From an uncultured bacterium (GTDB lineage Bacteria > Bacillota > Clostridia > Christensenellales > HGM11417): a stretch of 64,000 nt of DNA. Below, piece by piece: positions 33,610-45,394 of this stretch. Each line of letters opens with the position of its first letter. Position 1 is the first letter of the stretch. Under the pieces are notes generated by a model that saw only the letters and a program-made list of their open reading frames with translations, searched no databases and was not told the DNA's origin. The stretch spans positions 262,610 to 326,609 of the forward strand of contig CAJMQN010000002.1 in NCBI GenBank assembly GCA_905215695.1, read 5' to 3'. Made by a program: the position numbers and the translations under genes.

Positions 33610-35943
33610 TTATTCGGTGCGCAGGGCGACGACGGGGTCTTTGTTCGCGGCGACGCGGGAGGGAATCAGCCCCGCGACGAGGGTCAGCCCCATGGAGATA
33701 AAGACGAGCAGAAGCGCGTGCAAGGGGTTGAGCGCGGCAATCCCCGAAAATCCCGTGAGTCCCGCAATGATGAGGTTTAAGGGAACGGTCAAAAGCGCAG
33801 CGAGCGCTACGCCGATGACGCCCGCAATCGAGCCGATGACAAGCGTTTCGGCGTTGAACACCCGGGAAACGTCCTTTTTCCGCGCGCCGATACTTCGGAG
33901 CACGCCGATTTCCTTGGTGCGCTCGATGACGGAGGTGTAAGTGATAATGCCGATCATGAGCGAGGACACGACGAGCGAAATCGCGGCGAACGCGATGAGG
34001 ACATAGGAAATAATATTGACCATCGTTCCCATCGAAGAGGTCATGACCTCGGCGAGGTCGCTGTACCGAATCTGCGCTTCCTCCGGCTTTCCCTCGTTCC
34101 AGGCGTCAAGGTATTCGCAAATCTGCTGTTTCGCCCGGAAATCCTTGGGATAGATTCGGATACTCGCGGGCGTTTCGTCCAAACCAAGATGCTGTAAAAC
34201 CTGCTGATAGGCGTAATTTTTATTTTTTTCGTCCTCCACGACGATATTGCCCTCTCCCGCAGCGAACTGCGCCTGCGACGCCTCGGAATTCTTCGCGTTG
34301 TCCATGACGAAATCCAAAAGTTCGGAAGTGAACGCGAAACCGGAATCCAGCACGGCGGACTGCGTCTCGGGTTTCTGCCGCAGAATCCCGACCACTGTGA
34401 GCGGAATCACCTCGTCGCTGTCGGTGTTGTAAATTTTCTTATACTCCCGGTCGATTAAATACTCCCCCGCCGCGCCCTCGGACGCGCTGAAGGTATAGTA
34501 GGTATCGTTTAAGACGAGTTTCATCTCCATGCCGAGGAAGTCCTCGAAGGAGAGCGTCTCCCCCTCGGGAAGTTCGATTCCGAGCTGTTTCAGAAAACTC
34601 TCGGAGAGCCGGTTGTACTTATCGACGACGAGCACGATTTCGCGTTCGTTTGCGGGCAGACGTCCCCCCTCGAGCACGTCGAATTGGCTGTTGACGAGTT
34701 CGGGGTCGAAGATTTCCTGCCACACGGAATAGTTCGCGCCGGTCATCGTGTTGTAGCTCGTCCCCGTGGAGAGATATCCGTAATCGTTCTCATTCTTCTG
34801 CACGAGCACGTGCATGCGCACACTTCGATAGTAGGCGACCGAAGTCGTCAGCGAAGGGTCGAGTTTTTCCACATAGTCCAAAAAATCCCGCAAAATAATA
34901 TTTGTGTGCGGGTCGGTCGCCATACTGCCCTCGTCGTAGGGATAGATGACGTCCCCCTCGGGAAATTCGTCAAAGTCCGGGGAATTGTTCAGAAAATACT
35001 GCAGGTCCGCAATGGTCGCGGTGCGGTTGATGGAAATGGGATACCCCGCAAGCGTATCCGTCTGCATCTTGGTAAGATACGCCGAAAACCCGTTGGTGAG
35101 CGCGAGCACGAGCGTAACGCCGACAATACCGATGCTCCCGGCAAAGGAAGTCAAAAAGGTTCTGCCCTTCTTGGTCACGAGGTTGCGGAAACTCAAGGAA
35201 AGCGCGGCGAAAAAGGACATCGAGGTCTTGCGTTTTTTCGCCGAAACAGGGGAGCTCTTCTCCTCCCGGTACGGGTTGGTGTCGTCCACGACCTCTCCGT
35301 CCAAAAGCCGGATAATGCGGGAACTGTACGTTTCGGCGAGTTCGCCGTTGTGCGTGACCATGATGACGAGCCGTTCCCGGGAGATTTCGGAGAGCAAATC
35401 CATAATCTGCAAACTCGTGCCCGAGTCGAGCGCGCCCGTCGGCTCGTCCGCAAGCAGGATTTCGGGGTCGTTGACGAGCGCGCGGGCAATCGCGACCCGC
35501 TGCATCTGTCCGCCCGAGAGCTGATTTGGGCGCTTTTTGAGTTGGTCCGAAAGCCCGACCTTTTCGAGCGCCTCCGCCGCGCGCCGCCTGCGTTCCTCCG
35601 CAGACGCGCCGGACAGCCGGAGCGCAAGTTCCACGTTGCCGAGCACGGACAGATGCGGAATGAGGTTGTAACTCTGAAACACGAATCCGACGCTGTGATT
35701 GCGGTAGGCGTCCCAGTCCGACGCGCCGTACTCCTTTGTCGAAACGCCGTCTATGAGCAAATCGCCCTCGGTATAGCGATCCAGTCCGCCCACGATATTG
35801 AGAAGAGTGGTCTTGCCGCACCCCGAAGGACCGAGCACGGAGACAAATTCCGCCCTTCGGAATTCAAGGTCAATCCCTTTCAGTGCCCGAACGGCGTTTT
35901 CGCCCTCCCCATAGACCTTGACAATATGCTTGAGTTCCAGCAT
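33610..35943 (-). CDS. Fused ABC ATPase / FtsX-type permease, MacB-like
   Basis: Start at MLELKHIVK. Walker A GPSGCGKTT, LSGGQMQRVAIARAL, then a large periplasmic region and a C-terminal FtsX 4-TM domain. Confidence 0.8.
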   Translation of the reverse strand: MLELKHIVKVYGEGENAVRALKGIDLEFRRAEFVSVLGPSGCGKTTLLNIVGGLDRYTEGDLLIDGVSTKEYGASDWDAYRNHSVGFVFQSYNLIPHLSVLGNVELALRLSGASAEERRRRAAEALEKVGLSDQLKKRPNQLSGGQMQRVAIARALVNDPEILLADEPTGALDSGTSLQIMDLLSEISRERLVIMVTHNGELAETYSSRIIRLLDGEVVDDTNPYREEKSSPVSAKKRKTSMSFFAALSLSFRNLVTKKGRTFLTSFAGSIGIVGVTLVLALTNGFSAYLTKMQTDTLAGYPISINRTATIADLQYFLNNSPDFDEFPEGDVIYPYDEGSMATDPHTNIILRDFLDYVEKLDPSLTTSVAYYRSVRMHVLVQKNENDYGYLSTGTSYNTMTGANYSVWQEIFDPELVNSQFDVLEGGRLPANEREIVLVVDKYNRLSESFLKQLGIELPEGETLSFEDFLGMEMKLVLNDTYYTFSASEGAAGEYLIDREYKKIYNTDSDEVIPLTVVGILRQKPETQSAVLDSGFAFTSELLDFVMDNAKNSEASQAQFAAGEGNIVVEDEKNKNYAYQQVLQHLGLDETPASIRIYPKDFRAKQQICEYLDAWNEGKPEEAQIRYSDLAEVMTSSMGTMVNIISYVLIAFAAISLVVSSLMIGIITYTSVIERTKEIGVLRSIGARKKDVSRVFNAETLVIGSIAGVIGVALAALLTVPLNLIIAGLTGFSGIAALNPLHALLLVFISMGLTLVAGLIPSRVAANKDPVVALRTE

Positions 35944-36062
35944 GCTCCCACCCCGCAAAAAAAATACTTTCTCTAATATATAAACAGATTATTCGATTCC
36001 GGTCAACGGTTCGTGTTCATTTTGTGTAAATTTCGCAAAAAAAACCGGACCCGCAGGTCCGG

Positions 36063-36674
36063 TCATTGCAATTTCCCCTTCAGTTTCATGAGCCGCACGG
36101 TCGCGGCGCGCTCGTTTTCCTCGAGCTTCATCACGATGGCGCGCACGTCCCGTTCCGCCTCGGGAATCATCACGTATTCGAGCGCATTGACCCGGCGTTT
36201 CGTTCTCTTCATCTCCGCCTCGAGCAGCCGATAGGTCTGTTCGGTCTCCGCAAGTTCCAAAAGTACGGGCAAAAGCTCCGCGAGAAGGCGCACCCCGACG
36301 TCCGCCTCCGCGGGCATGGACGAATAGGCATAGGAGATACTCTCCCCCTCCGCGCCTATCAGGGAAATCTTCGGCACTTGCACGGACAGAAGGCTCGCGT
36401 TCGTACAGTCCACCCAAAGCGGACGACCGGGCATCAAGATACTTTCGAGAAATTCCGCCTCGCCGCAGGAGGATTTTGCGAGCACGAAGGCGGAGAGCGC
36501 GGCGGGCAGTCCCGCGCGCACCCGTTCCCGTAGCGACTTCGCGCGGCGGGAGAGAAGGACGAGCCGGCGCACCATTTCGTCGGATTTGTCCTTGAGCATC
36601 TTGTGTCCGCGCTTTGCGGTCACGAGCCGCGCTTTGAGCCGGCGGAGCTCCATTCTCGTCGCGCCTTTGGTCAT
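36063..36674 (-). CDS. ntpD: V-type ATPase subunit D
   Basis: 203 aa. [29 protein letters not shown] is typical of subunit D. Confidence 0.85.
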   Translation of the reverse strand: MTKGATRMELRRLKARLVTAKRGHKMLKDKSDEMVRRLVLLSRRAKSLRERVRAGLPAALSAFVLAKSSCGEAEFLESILMPGRPLWVDCTNASLLSVQVPKISLIGAEGESISYAYSSMPAEADVGVRLLAELLPVLLELAETEQTYRLLEAEMKRTKRRVNALEYVMIPEAERDVRAIVMKLEENERAATVRLMKLKGKLQ

Positions 36675-38044
36675 ACGTCAGCCCCCAAATATTTCGCAAT
36701 ATATTCCTCCCGCACCCGCTTGAGCTCCGCCCGGGGCAGAATGCGCAAAAGTTCCCAGCCGAGATTCAGCGTCTCTTCAATGCTCCGCCGCTTGGAAAAG
36801 CCCTGCGAAACATAGCGGTTCTCAAATTCCGCCGCAAACGCCGCGTAAATGGTATCGGTCTCCGAGAGCGCCTCTTCCCCGAGCACCGCGGCGAGCTCCT
36901 TCGCCTCTTTGCCCCGCGCGTACGCCGCGAAAAGCTGATTCATGGTATCGGCGTGATCCTCCCGGGTCTTCCCCGCCCCGATTCCTTTCTCCTTGAGACG
37001 GGAGAGGGAGGGCAGCACGTCCACCGGCGGCGTGACGCCCTTCTTCCAAAGCTCCCGGGAGAGAATAATCTGCCCCTCGGTGATGTACCCCGTCAGGTCG
37101 GGAATGGGGTGGGTCTTGTCCTCTTCGGGCATGGTGAGAATGGGAATCTGCGTAATCGACCCCTTCTTGCCCCGAATCCGCCCCGCGCGCTCGTACAGCG
37201 ACGCAAGGTCGGTATAAAGGTAACCCGGGTATCCCCTTCTCCCGGGCACCTCCTTTCGCGCCGCCGAGATTTCCCGGAGCGCCTCGCAGTAATTGGTGAT
37301 GTCGGTCATGATGACGAGCACGTGCATGTCGAGCTCGAAGGCGAGATACTCGGCGCAGGTGAGCGCCACCCGCGGCGTGGCGAAACGCTCCACCGCGGGG
37401 TCGTCGGCAAGGTTTAAAAACACAACCGAACGCGCGAGCGCGCCCGTTCTCTTAAAGTCGGAGAGAAAGAAATCCGCCTCCTCATAGGTGATTCCCACCG
37501 CGGCAAAGACCACCGCGAATTTTTCGCCGTCCTTTAAGACGCGCGCTTGCCGGGCAATCTGCGCGGCAAGTTCGGCGTGCGGCAGCCCGCTCGCCGAAAA
37601 GACGGGGAGTTTCTGTCCCCGCACAAGGGTATTGAGCCCGTCGATGGCGGAGACGCCCGTCTCGATGAATTCGTCGGGATAGTTGCGCGAAACAGGGTTG
37701 ATTGGCTTGCCGTTGACGCTCGCGGCGTTTCCCTGCGGAATGGGCGCGCCGCCGTCCTTGGGTCTGCCCATGCCGTCAAACACCCGCCCCACCATGTCCG
37801 GCGAAAGGGCGAGCTGCATGCCGTGCCCGAGAAATCTCGCTTTCGCCGCGGAAATCCGCAGTCCCTGCGCGCCCCCGAAGAGCTGAACGAGCACTCTGTC
37901 CCCGCTGACCTCGAGCACCTTTCCGAGCCGGAGCGTTCCGCCCTCCTCGATTTCGACAAGTTCGTCGTAGGCGGCGTCCTCCACTTTATCCACGAGTACG
38001 AGAGGTCCGACAGCCTCCCGAAGCGTTCGGTATTCCTTTCTCAT
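36671..38044 (-). CDS. ntpB: V-type ATPase subunit B
   Basis: Trimmed from the 630-aa ORF to [18 protein letters not shown]. The start overlaps the subunit A stop (ATGA). Confidence 0.9.
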   Translation of the reverse strand: MRKEYRTLREAVGPLVLVDKVEDAAYDELVEIEEGGTLRLGKVLEVSGDRVLVQLFGGAQGLRISAAKARFLGHGMQLALSPDMVGRVFDGMGRPKDGGAPIPQGNAASVNGKPINPVSRNYPDEFIETGVSAIDGLNTLVRGQKLPVFSASGLPHAELAAQIARQARVLKDGEKFAVVFAAVGITYEEADFFLSDFKRTGALARSVVFLNLADDPAVERFATPRVALTCAEYLAFELDMHVLVIMTDITNYCEALREISAARKEVPGRRGYPGYLYTDLASLYERAGRIRGKKGSITQIPILTMPEEDKTHPIPDLTGYITEGQIILSRELWKKGVTPPVDVLPSLSRLKEKGIGAGKTREDHADTMNQLFAAYARGKEAKELAAVLGEEALSETDTIYAAFAAEFENRYVSQGFSKRRSIEETLNLGWELLRILPRAELKRVREEYIAKYLGADV

Positions 38045-39792
38045 CTTTCCCCCCTTCCGAGCGCGGAGAGCACCCTCTTCGTCTCCCGCTCGGCGTCCTC
38101 GAAGGCGGCGGCGGACGCCGCGTACTTGAGCTTTGCGATTTTCCGGCGCACCGGGAGCGAAAGCACCGCGGAAAGTCCCACCCCCCGCGCGAGGGCGGCT
38201 TTCGCCTGCTCGTGAAAGTCCAATATACACTTTAAAAGTCTGTACTGCCGCTCGAGGGGCGTATAGGTGTCCGTCTCGTGAAAGGCGTTTTGGTGCAGAA
38301 AATCCTCTCTTATGGACTTTGCCGTCTCGAGTTTCAGGGCGTCCTCCTCGGAGAGCGCGTCCATGCCGACAAGCCGGACAATCTCGTTGAGTTCGGACTC
38401 CTCCTGTAACATGCGCATACACGCCGCCCGCGCCTCGGGAAACCCCTCCGCCACACGTTCGGCGTACCAGTCCGCGAGCCGGTCGGCGTACAGCGAGTAG
38501 CTCGTCAGCCAGTCCACCGCGGGGAAGTGCCTTCGGTATGCGAGTTGGGCGGACAGACCCCAAAATACCTTGACGATGCGAAGAGTCGCCTGCGAAACGG
38601 GCTCGGAGAGGTCTCCGCCCGGGGGCGAAACCGCACCGATTGCGGTCACCGACCCCGTGCGTTCCTCCGAGCCGAGCACCCGCACGATTCCGGCGCGCTC
38701 ATAGAACTGCGCGAGCCGGCTCGAGAGATAGGCGGGATACCCTTCCTCTCCGGGCATCTCTTCGAGCCGTCCGCTCATTTCCCGCAGAGCCTCCGCCCAG
38801 CGCGATGTGGAATCCGCCATAATCGCCACGTGGTATCCCATATCCCGAAAGTATTCGGCGATGGTGATACCCGTATAGATGGACGCCTCCCGCGCCGCCA
38901 CGGGCATGTCCGAAGTGTTCGCGATGAGCACCGTGCGCTTCATGAGCGCCTCGCCGGTGCGGGGATCTTTGAGCCCCGGAAACTCGTTCAGAACGTCCGT
39001 CATCTCGTTTCCGCGCTCTCCGCAGCCGACATAGACGATGACGTCCGCGTCCGCCCACTTGGCGAGCTGATGCTGTACCACCGTCTTTCCGCTCCCGAAG
39101 GGACCGGGCACCGCAGCCACGCCCCCGCGCGCGATGGGAAAGAGGGTATCGATGACCCTCTGCCCCGTCGTCATGGGCATGTCCGGCGAAAGTTTCTCCC
39201 GGTAAGGTCTCGGAATCCGCACCGGCCAGCGCCGGAGCATGGAAACCTTCCGTTCCCCCTCCGGCGTCTCGAGAAGGGCGACAGGCTCGTCCACCGTAAA
39301 AGAGCCCGCTTGGATGCGCAAGACCTTTCCGCGCATGTCCGGCGGCAGGAGAATCCGGTGCTCAAACACCTCGTTCTCCCGCACCGTGCCCAAAAGATCC
39401 CCTCCCTCGAGCACGTCCCCGGGCTTTGCCGCGGGCAGAAAATCCCACTTCCGTTCATGATCGAGCGAAGTCAGTTCCACCCCGCGTCCGATTCTCTCCC
39501 CGGAGGCGTCGCGGAGCCGTTCGAGCGGACGCTGAATCCCGTCGAAAATGGACGCGACGAGCCCGGGTCCGAGCTCCACCGAGAGCGGGTTTTCGGTGGA
39601 TACCACTTCTTCCCCGACCCGGAGTCCGTCCGTCTCCTCATAGACCTGTATCGAGGCGAGGTCCCCTTTGAGTTCGATAATCTCGCCGATCAGTTTTTCA
39701 CCGGAAATGCGCACGACGTCGTACATACGGCAGTCCGCCATGCCCGCCGCCACGATGAGCGGTCCCGATATTTTTACGATTTTACCCTTCAT
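38041..39792 (-). CDS. ntpA: V-type ATPase catalytic subunit A
   Basis: Trimmed from the 724-aa ORF to [15 protein letters not shown] (AAGGAG upstream). Walker [10 protein letters not shown]. Confidence 0.9.
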   Translation of the reverse strand: MKGKIVKISGPLIVAAGMADCRMYDVVRISGEKLIGEIIELKGDLASIQVYEETDGLRVGEEVVSTENPLSVELGPGLVASIFDGIQRPLERLRDASGERIGRGVELTSLDHERKWDFLPAAKPGDVLEGGDLLGTVRENEVFEHRILLPPDMRGKVLRIQAGSFTVDEPVALLETPEGERKVSMLRRWPVRIPRPYREKLSPDMPMTTGQRVIDTLFPIARGGVAAVPGPFGSGKTVVQHQLAKWADADVIVYVGCGERGNEMTDVLNEFPGLKDPRTGEALMKRTVLIANTSDMPVAAREASIYTGITIAEYFRDMGYHVAIMADSTSRWAEALREMSGRLEEMPGEEGYPAYLSSRLAQFYERAGIVRVLGSEERTGSVTAIGAVSPPGGDLSEPVSQATLRIVKVFWGLSAQLAYRRHFPAVDWLTSYSLYADRLADWYAERVAEGFPEARAACMRMLQEESELNEIVRLVGMDALSEEDALKLETAKSIREDFLHQNAFHETDTYTPLERQYRLLKCILDFHEQAKAALARGVGLSAVLSLPVRRKIAKLKYAASAAAFEDAERETKRVLSALGRGER

Positions 39793-40019
39793 AATTCTCC
39801 TTGCATCACAGGTACGGCAACGACGACCGGAAACACGCCCTCGGGACGTTTGAGCCCCTTGCAGAGGGGTTCGGAGACGAAAACGACCGCGCATTCGGAA
39901 AGCGAACGGATCAGGTTTTCCGCCTCTTTTGCGGAGTTTGCCGTGTATGCCTTCGCGCCCAGCAGGGAGAAGGCAATCATCTCGTCCCCCCTGCCGACCG
40001 CGGCGATTTCTCTCTTCAT
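39789..40019 (-). CDS. V-type ATPase subunit F
   Basis: Trimmed to [25 protein letters not shown] (76 aa). Assigned from position and size in the operon. Confidence 0.7.
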   Translation of the reverse strand: MKREIAAVGRGDEMIAFSLLGAKAYTANSAKEAENLIRSLSECAVVFVSEPLCKGLKRPEGVFPVVVAVPVMQGEL

Positions 40020-40915
40020 ACGCCCTCCCGCGCCCCGACGCGCAGACCGTTCCGCTTTGCGTTCCGAATCCGGGCGAGACGCATGGTCTCCGCCTCCCGG
40101 CGATACCAATAGTTCGCCTGCACAAAAAAACCGTCCCGTCTCCCTCCCAACAGTTCCGCGGGAAGTCCGAGCCGGAGCTCCTGCAACGCGATTTCGGGGG
40201 AATCTTCCCTTTCAAGCGCGCGCAGAAGATAGGCGCGCGCCTCGCACCCTTTCAGCGCGTCCGCAATCTCCTCCGGCGAAAGCGCGAAAAGTCCCGCGAG
40301 CTTTTCTCCCGCGAGCGTCCCCCCCGGCACAAAGTGCGAAAGACAATCTTCGCCGAGCGTCCTGCACCGAAAGAGCGTGCCGAGGTTCAAAAGGTCCGCC
40401 TCGAGCGCGAACAATCGGCGCAGGAGTTCGGGGAGTTCCCGGGCAAGGAATTCCCGCTCCGAAAAGTACGCGGCGTCCAACACCCGGTCAATCTCCCGCG
40501 CGCCCGCTTCGGGCGGGAGCGAAGTGAGTGCCGCGGCAAGGAAAGCGGACAAGTCCCGGTAATTTTCGGACTCCACCGCCTCGAATACCCTCTGCGCGGG
40601 TACTCGTCCGAGTTCGGAGGCAAGCTCCCGAAACGCGGGATTTTTGCAGGCAAAGAACTTCCTCGCGCACTTCGCGTTGAAGGCGTCCTCCTTTGCCTCG
40701 AAACAGGCGAGGAACGCGGGCTTTGTCCCCGTCTCCCGAAAGAAGGCGAAGAGCTCCGCACGAGATGCGCGCTCGTCCGCGCGCCCCCGCTCCGAGAGCA
40801 GGCGTTCGCACTCCCGAGCGTCCGCGTGCGCGAGGCGGGAAAAGTCCTCTTCGGTCAGAAAATCCTTTTCCCGTGCGGCGATTCGCGCGGCGGCATAGAG
40901 TTCGGATTCGTTCAT
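40016..40915 (-). CDS. V-type ATPase subunit C (d-type)
   Basis: About 299 aa from [20 protein letters not shown]. Sits between subunits E and F, as in bacterial ntp operons. Confidence 0.65.
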   Translation of the reverse strand: MNESELYAAARIAAREKDFLTEEDFSRLAHADARECERLLSERGRADERASRAELFAFFRETGTKPAFLACFEAKEDAFNAKCARKFFACKNPAFRELASELGRVPAQRVFEAVESENYRDLSAFLAAALTSLPPEAGAREIDRVLDAAYFSEREFLARELPELLRRLFALEADLLNLGTLFRCRTLGEDCLSHFVPGGTLAGEKLAGLFALSPEEIADALKGCEARAYLLRALEREDSPEIALQELRLGLPAELLGGRRDGFFVQANYWYRREAETMRLARIRNAKRNGLRVGAREGV

Positions 40916-40916
40916 C

Positions 40917-41486
40917 TCACGCCTCGCCGAATAGGAGAGCAAGGACGTTTGCCTCTTCCCGCTCCCGGAACTCCCGCACGAGCATCTCCGCGGTCAGATT
41001 CTTGTCGCAGTGCGGTCCGCGCAGAATCATGCCCCCCGAAAACCTTCCGCCCGCAGAGGCGGCTTTCCATTTCTTGCCGCACTTTTCGGACACCCGTCCG
41101 ACGAAGTCCGCGCCAAGCGTCTTTTCGCGCAGGGAAAAGATAACCTCCTCCCCGTCCTCGCCGAACTTCTCGAGCAGTCCGCCCCAAAAGCTCTCCGCCT
41201 CTTCGGGCGGAAGTTCGGAGAGGAGCTCCACGCTCCGCGAAAAGGCAGCGTCCGCAAGTTCGGCGCGCACCTTGAGCTTTGCAAAACGCCGCTCGGACTC
41301 CGAGAGCGCGCGCAGCCGCTCCTCGTTCTCCCGCGCGGCGCGAATACGTTCCTCCGCCTGCAACGCGCGCAGGCGGACGTCCTCCCGGCGCGCCTCCGCA
41401 AGAATCTCCTCCGCCCTCTTTTCCGCTTCCTTCACCCGCAGTCGGGCGTCCCGGCGCGCATCCTCTATGATCCGTTCGACAATCAT
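40917..41486 (-). CDS. V-type ATPase subunit E
   Basis: 189 aa. Charged coiled-coil N-terminus IIEDARRDARLRVKEAEKRAEEILAEARRE. Confidence 0.7.
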   Translation of the reverse strand: MIVERIIEDARRDARLRVKEAEKRAEEILAEARREDVRLRALQAEERIRAARENEERLRALSESERRFAKLKVRAELADAAFSRSVELLSELPPEEAESFWGGLLEKFGEDGEEVIFSLREKTLGADFVGRVSEKCGKKWKAASAGGRFSGGMILRGPHCDKNLTAEMLVREFREREEANVLALLFGEA

Positions 41487-41489
41487 CTC

Positions 41490-41972
<483 letters not shown>

Positions 41973-43961
41973 CTATTTGACCACGTTGTATTTGAGTCCC
42001 GAGAGCATGGGACGGAAGACCCTTCCCCCGCCCGTATAGAATCGGGAAAAGAATTCGATATATTGGAGACGGCAGTCGTGAACGTATGCCCCGAGAACGT
42101 TGATGGCGAGATTGAAGAGGTGTCCGCCTGCCGCGATGACTACGCCGAGTAACGCTGTCCAGGGATTCGCAAAGAGCATGACCGCGAGCGTGTTCATGAC
42201 GAGCGCGATAACCCCCGTCGCGAGCCCGAGCCCGAAGAGTCGGGCGTAACTCAAAATATCGCTCAAGTACCCGACAAGTCCGTAAAGGCTCGCGAGTCCC
42301 TTGCCGATTTTTTTAAAAATCCCCCGTTCCCGCCGCCCCTGCGTGAGCAGGAGAAGGAGAAGCCCGCCCGCCATGCACTCGAGCCCCCATAGCCGCAGGG
42401 GAAAGAGCTTGGGAAAGGAGGACGCCGCGAACATGCCGAGACCGAGAAAGAAGAGAAACCAGCTCCCCACGTCGAAGAGCGCGTCGAAGAGTTTCCCCTC
42501 TTTCACGAGCGCGGCAAAGCGCAGCGCCATGCCCGCGAGAATCTGCACGACGCCCAGCCCCATGCAGAGCCCGAGCATCAAAAGAGGTTCCTCAAGGGGA
42601 GAGAACCATTTGAGCCGATTCAAAAGACGAATGACCGCGCTCGGCGAATCCGCAGAAAGGCTGATGCCGAACCACCCTCCGAAGAGCGTCCCCCACAGCA
42701 GAGTGGACACGCCCCCGAGACCGAGAATAAAAATCATTCTGCGCGTCGGCGTCTCCATCTTCGCAAAGCGTAGAAGGAGAAAGGCGCCCGCCGCCAAGAT
42801 AAGCCCGTACCCCGCGTCCGAGAGCATGATTCCGAAGAAGATGAGAAAGAAAATCATGACGAAGAGATTGGGGTCTCGTTCGTAGGGAGAGGGCACGCTG
42901 TACATATTGGTCACCGCCTCGAAGGGGGCGACAAGTTTTTTGTTTTTCGCGAGCGTCGGGGGGGCGTCCGATTCCTCGGGCAGACTGAAGGACACTTCGC
43001 AAGCGGGCGCCGCGGAGCGGAGCGCCTCCTCCACAAGTCTGACGGCGTTTTCGGGCACCCAAGCGTTCAGCACAAAGGTTTTTTGCGTATAGCGGAAATG
43101 CTCCTCGTCCTCCGCGCGCTCGAGGAGAGAGGTCAGATAGTCGAACCAATCCTCCAAAAGTTCCGTCTTTTCCCCCAAAAGCGTCTCCTCCGCGATTGCA
43201 TCAAGCGCGAGCCGCGCCTCTTCGCACTCGCCGCGCAGGCGGGAGAGTTCGCGGGCGGGAACGCCCTCGACCTCCGCCGCGCAGGGAGAAAACCGCACCG
43301 ACGGCAATTCCGAGCGCAGCGTTTCTTCCTCCTCCCGCGGGCAGGCGACGAAGAGCACGGCGCCCGCGATCTCCTCCGAGCCTCCGGACGAGAACAACTT
43401 ACATTCGCAGTCCGGGACACGGCGGGAAAGCGCATCGACCGCCTCTGCCCGACAGGAGACCGTACCGAGGAAAAAGGCGGTGTTCCGTGTGCCCGCGAGC
43501 GCGGACAGCGGTTCGGGAAACGCCGCAAAGGGCAGAATTCGGGCGCATAGCGCCTCTTTTTGGGAGAGTTCCGCGCAAAGAGAAGCGGAGCGCGCACGCA
43601 AATCCCCCAAACGCGCAAGCTCCGCCCCTACCTCCGCGCCCTTCCCCGCAATTCCTCGAAACTCCTCATAGGTGAGGCTCCGACGGCAGGAAAAGAGGGG
43701 TTTGTCCCGCGTCTTTGCGGGATGACTTTTCTCCCAAAGCGCCCTCTGCTGCTCGGAAAAACGGAGGGCGACGGAGAGTTCGGAAAGGGATTCCCGGAGC
43801 GCCGCCGAACGCGCGGCGGCGTCCCCTCCCGGCGGTTCGGTGCGGTCAAACGGGTATGTATCGATGAGTTCACAGCACCCGCTCCAGGCGAGCACGTCGA
43901 GAACGGAATCCCGCTCCGCGTCCAGCGCCACAAGGGTGAGTTTACGCATTCCGAGAATCAT
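41973..43961 (-). CDS. ntpI: V-type ATPase subunit I (a-type)
   Basis: 662 aa. Soluble N-terminal half and polytopic C-terminal half containing LSYARLFGLGLA. Confidence 0.85.
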   Translation of the reverse strand: MILGMRKLTLVALDAERDSVLDVLAWSGCCELIDTYPFDRTEPPGGDAAARSAALRESLSELSVALRFSEQQRALWEKSHPAKTRDKPLFSCRRSLTYEEFRGIAGKGAEVGAELARLGDLRARSASLCAELSQKEALCARILPFAAFPEPLSALAGTRNTAFFLGTVSCRAEAVDALSRRVPDCECKLFSSGGSEEIAGAVLFVACPREEEETLRSELPSVRFSPCAAEVEGVPARELSRLRGECEEARLALDAIAEETLLGEKTELLEDWFDYLTSLLERAEDEEHFRYTQKTFVLNAWVPENAVRLVEEALRSAAPACEVSFSLPEESDAPPTLAKNKKLVAPFEAVTNMYSVPSPYERDPNLFVMIFFLIFFGIMLSDAGYGLILAAGAFLLLRFAKMETPTRRMIFILGLGGVSTLLWGTLFGGWFGISLSADSPSAVIRLLNRLKWFSPLEEPLLMLGLCMGLGVVQILAGMALRFAALVKEGKLFDALFDVGSWFLFFLGLGMFAASSFPKLFPLRLWGLECMAGGLLLLLLTQGRRERGIFKKIGKGLASLYGLVGYLSDILSYARLFGLGLATGVIALVMNTLAVMLFANPWTALLGVVIAAGGHLFNLAINVLGAYVHDCRLQYIEFFSRFYTGGGRVFRPMLSGLKYNVVK

Positions 43962-44260
43962 AGCGCGCTCTTCCGTATCCCCGAAACGATGTAGGAAACG
44001 GCGTCCGAGAGCCGTTTTTCGGCATTTTTTCGCTCATCTAATGCGTTTTTTTCCGCATTTTGCCGCCATTCCTCGCGGAGCGCGGCGAGTCGTTCCGTCT
44101 CCCGTCTGTCCGTGCCGTGCGGCGTTTTTTTGGAGAGCATCAAGAGAACTTCGGCGTTGGAGCGCGCACCCTTCAAGATTCGTTCCGCCTCCGCCTCTCC
44201 CGCTCGGCGAATCTCCTCCGCCTGCTTTTCCGCTCTTCTTATGCGCTCAATCAGTTCCAT
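43958..44260 (-). CDS. V-type ATPase peripheral-stalk subunit (G/H-like)
   Basis: 100 aa. Charged helical protein (IERIRRAEKQAEEIRRAGEAEAERIL). First gene of the operon. Confidence 0.55.
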   Translation of the reverse strand: MELIERIRRAEKQAEEIRRAGEAEAERILKGARSNAEVLLMLSKKTPHGTDRRETERLAALREEWRQNAEKNALDERKNAEKRLSDAVSYIVSGIRKSAL

Positions 44261-44446
44261 TTTGCAGGCCTCCTTCTCCGATTCCGCAAAGAGTTTTCCG
44301 CAAGTATTCTTTCTTTTCGCGGCTTACTACATTCTACCACGCGCGCGCCTGCGAAATGCGGCGGGCTTTGTCGAAAAAGAAAATACCTTGCAGGAAAACT
44401 TTTGTAACGTTTTTTGCGCAAAAATCTTAACAAAAGTTTGCGATAT

Positions 44447-44473
44447 AAAAAAAGACAGCCGTTTCCGGCTGTC
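44447..44473 (-). terminator. Rho-independent terminator after the membrane protein gene
   Basis: gacagccg (44454-44461), loop tttc, cggctgtc (44466-44473). A seven-T run follows on the minus strand. Confidence 0.65.
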
Positions 44474-44493
44474 CGTTCCCGAATCGAGGTATG

Positions 44494-44928
44494 CTATGAT
44501 TTGACGTTTTTACAACTCAAATAAATATGGTTTATTCCGAATAAAACCGCGAATATCATTAACGGGATATGATTCAAAACGATGCCGCTGAACAAAAAAA
44601 CACAGGTCGGCAACACCGAGAGCGAAATCGCTTTCCATAAGTCTTTTCTTTTCCAACACACCGCCCAGAAAATCAAATATGCAGCGCAGAGCGCGGCATT
44701 TACGCATAGGTACACGCTCAACGCACATTCAAACCAAAACCCGAAGGAAGTGTACGGGATATTGAAAATCATGAAAAAGAAACAGCCGTATCTGCCAATT
44801 TGTTCCAATATCTCAACCGATTTATTTTGAAAAGCCGAAAAATCGCTTTTATATTTTACGGCATAGACAATATTGGGTAACATAATGATCGCCATTATGG
44901 CAAGCCCGTACGCGTTGAACCAACCCAT
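44494..44928 (-). CDS. Hypothetical polytopic membrane protein
   Basis: 144 aa with four hydrophobic segments. No family recognised. Confidence 0.5.
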   Translation of the reverse strand: MGWFNAYGLAIMAIIMLPNIVYAVKYKSDFSAFQNKSVEILEQIGRYGCFFFMIFNIPYTSFGFWFECALSVYLCVNAALCAAYLIFWAVCWKRKDLWKAISLSVLPTCVFLFSGIVLNHIPLMIFAVLFGINHIYLSCKNVKS

Positions 44929-44936
44929 AACGGTTT

Positions 44937-45383
44937 CTATTTCCCGTACTTTTTCTCAATGGCGGCAATCTTGTCAAGCCGCGTCTGATGCCTTCCGCCC
45001 TCGAATTCGCCCGCCAAAAAGGCGTCCACAATCTCGAGCATGAGCCCGGGTCCGATGACCCGCGCGCCGAAACAGAGCACGTTTGCGTCGTTGTGACGGC
45101 GCGTCGCTTTCGCGCTGAACACGTCGTGACAGAGCGCCGCGCGGATACCCGGCACTTTGTTCGCCGCAATCGAAATGCCGATTCCCGTGCCGCAGAAGAA
45201 GATTCCCTTCTCACACTCCCCCGACGCTACCGCCTCCGCCGCTCTCTGCGCGAAGTCGGGATAGTCGCAGGATTTCTCGTCGTAACACCCGAAGTCCTTC
45301 ACCTTCAGACCCTTTTCCTCAAGGTGCTTCAAGAGTTCGGCTTTGAGCGGATAACCGCCGTGATCGTTCGCAATCGCTATCAT
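44937..45383 (-). CDS. rpiB: Ribose-5-phosphate isomerase B
   Basis: Trimmed from the 299-aa ORF to MIAIANDHGGYPLK. Contains GIFFCGTGIGISIAANK. Confidence 0.9.
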   Translation of the reverse strand: MIAIANDHGGYPLKAELLKHLEEKGLKVKDFGCYDEKSCDYPDFAQRAAEAVASGECEKGIFFCGTGIGISIAANKVPGIRAALCHDVFSAKATRRHNDANVLCFGARVIGPGLMLEIVDAFLAGEFEGGRHQTRLDKIAAIEKKYGK

Positions 45384-45394
45384 ATTTTTCTCCT

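Noticed and set aside
36671-40215. Very long N-terminal extensions of V-ATPase subunits B (630 aa) and A (724 aa) in the ORF track
   Set aside because: The extensions are Arg/Gly-rich read-through of the upstream genes in another frame. Conserved N-termini ([19 protein letters not shown]) with RBS or ATGA coupling define the real starts. The same reasoning was applied to 44937-45836, 58112-59149, 60224-61144, 5520-6134 and 6079-7500.
34684-40527. Plus-strand ORFs 34684-35976 (430 aa) and 38527-40527 (666 aa)
   Set aside because: They are antisense to the MacB-like gene and the V-ATPase A/B/F genes. Sequences are Arg/Pro-rich nonsense.
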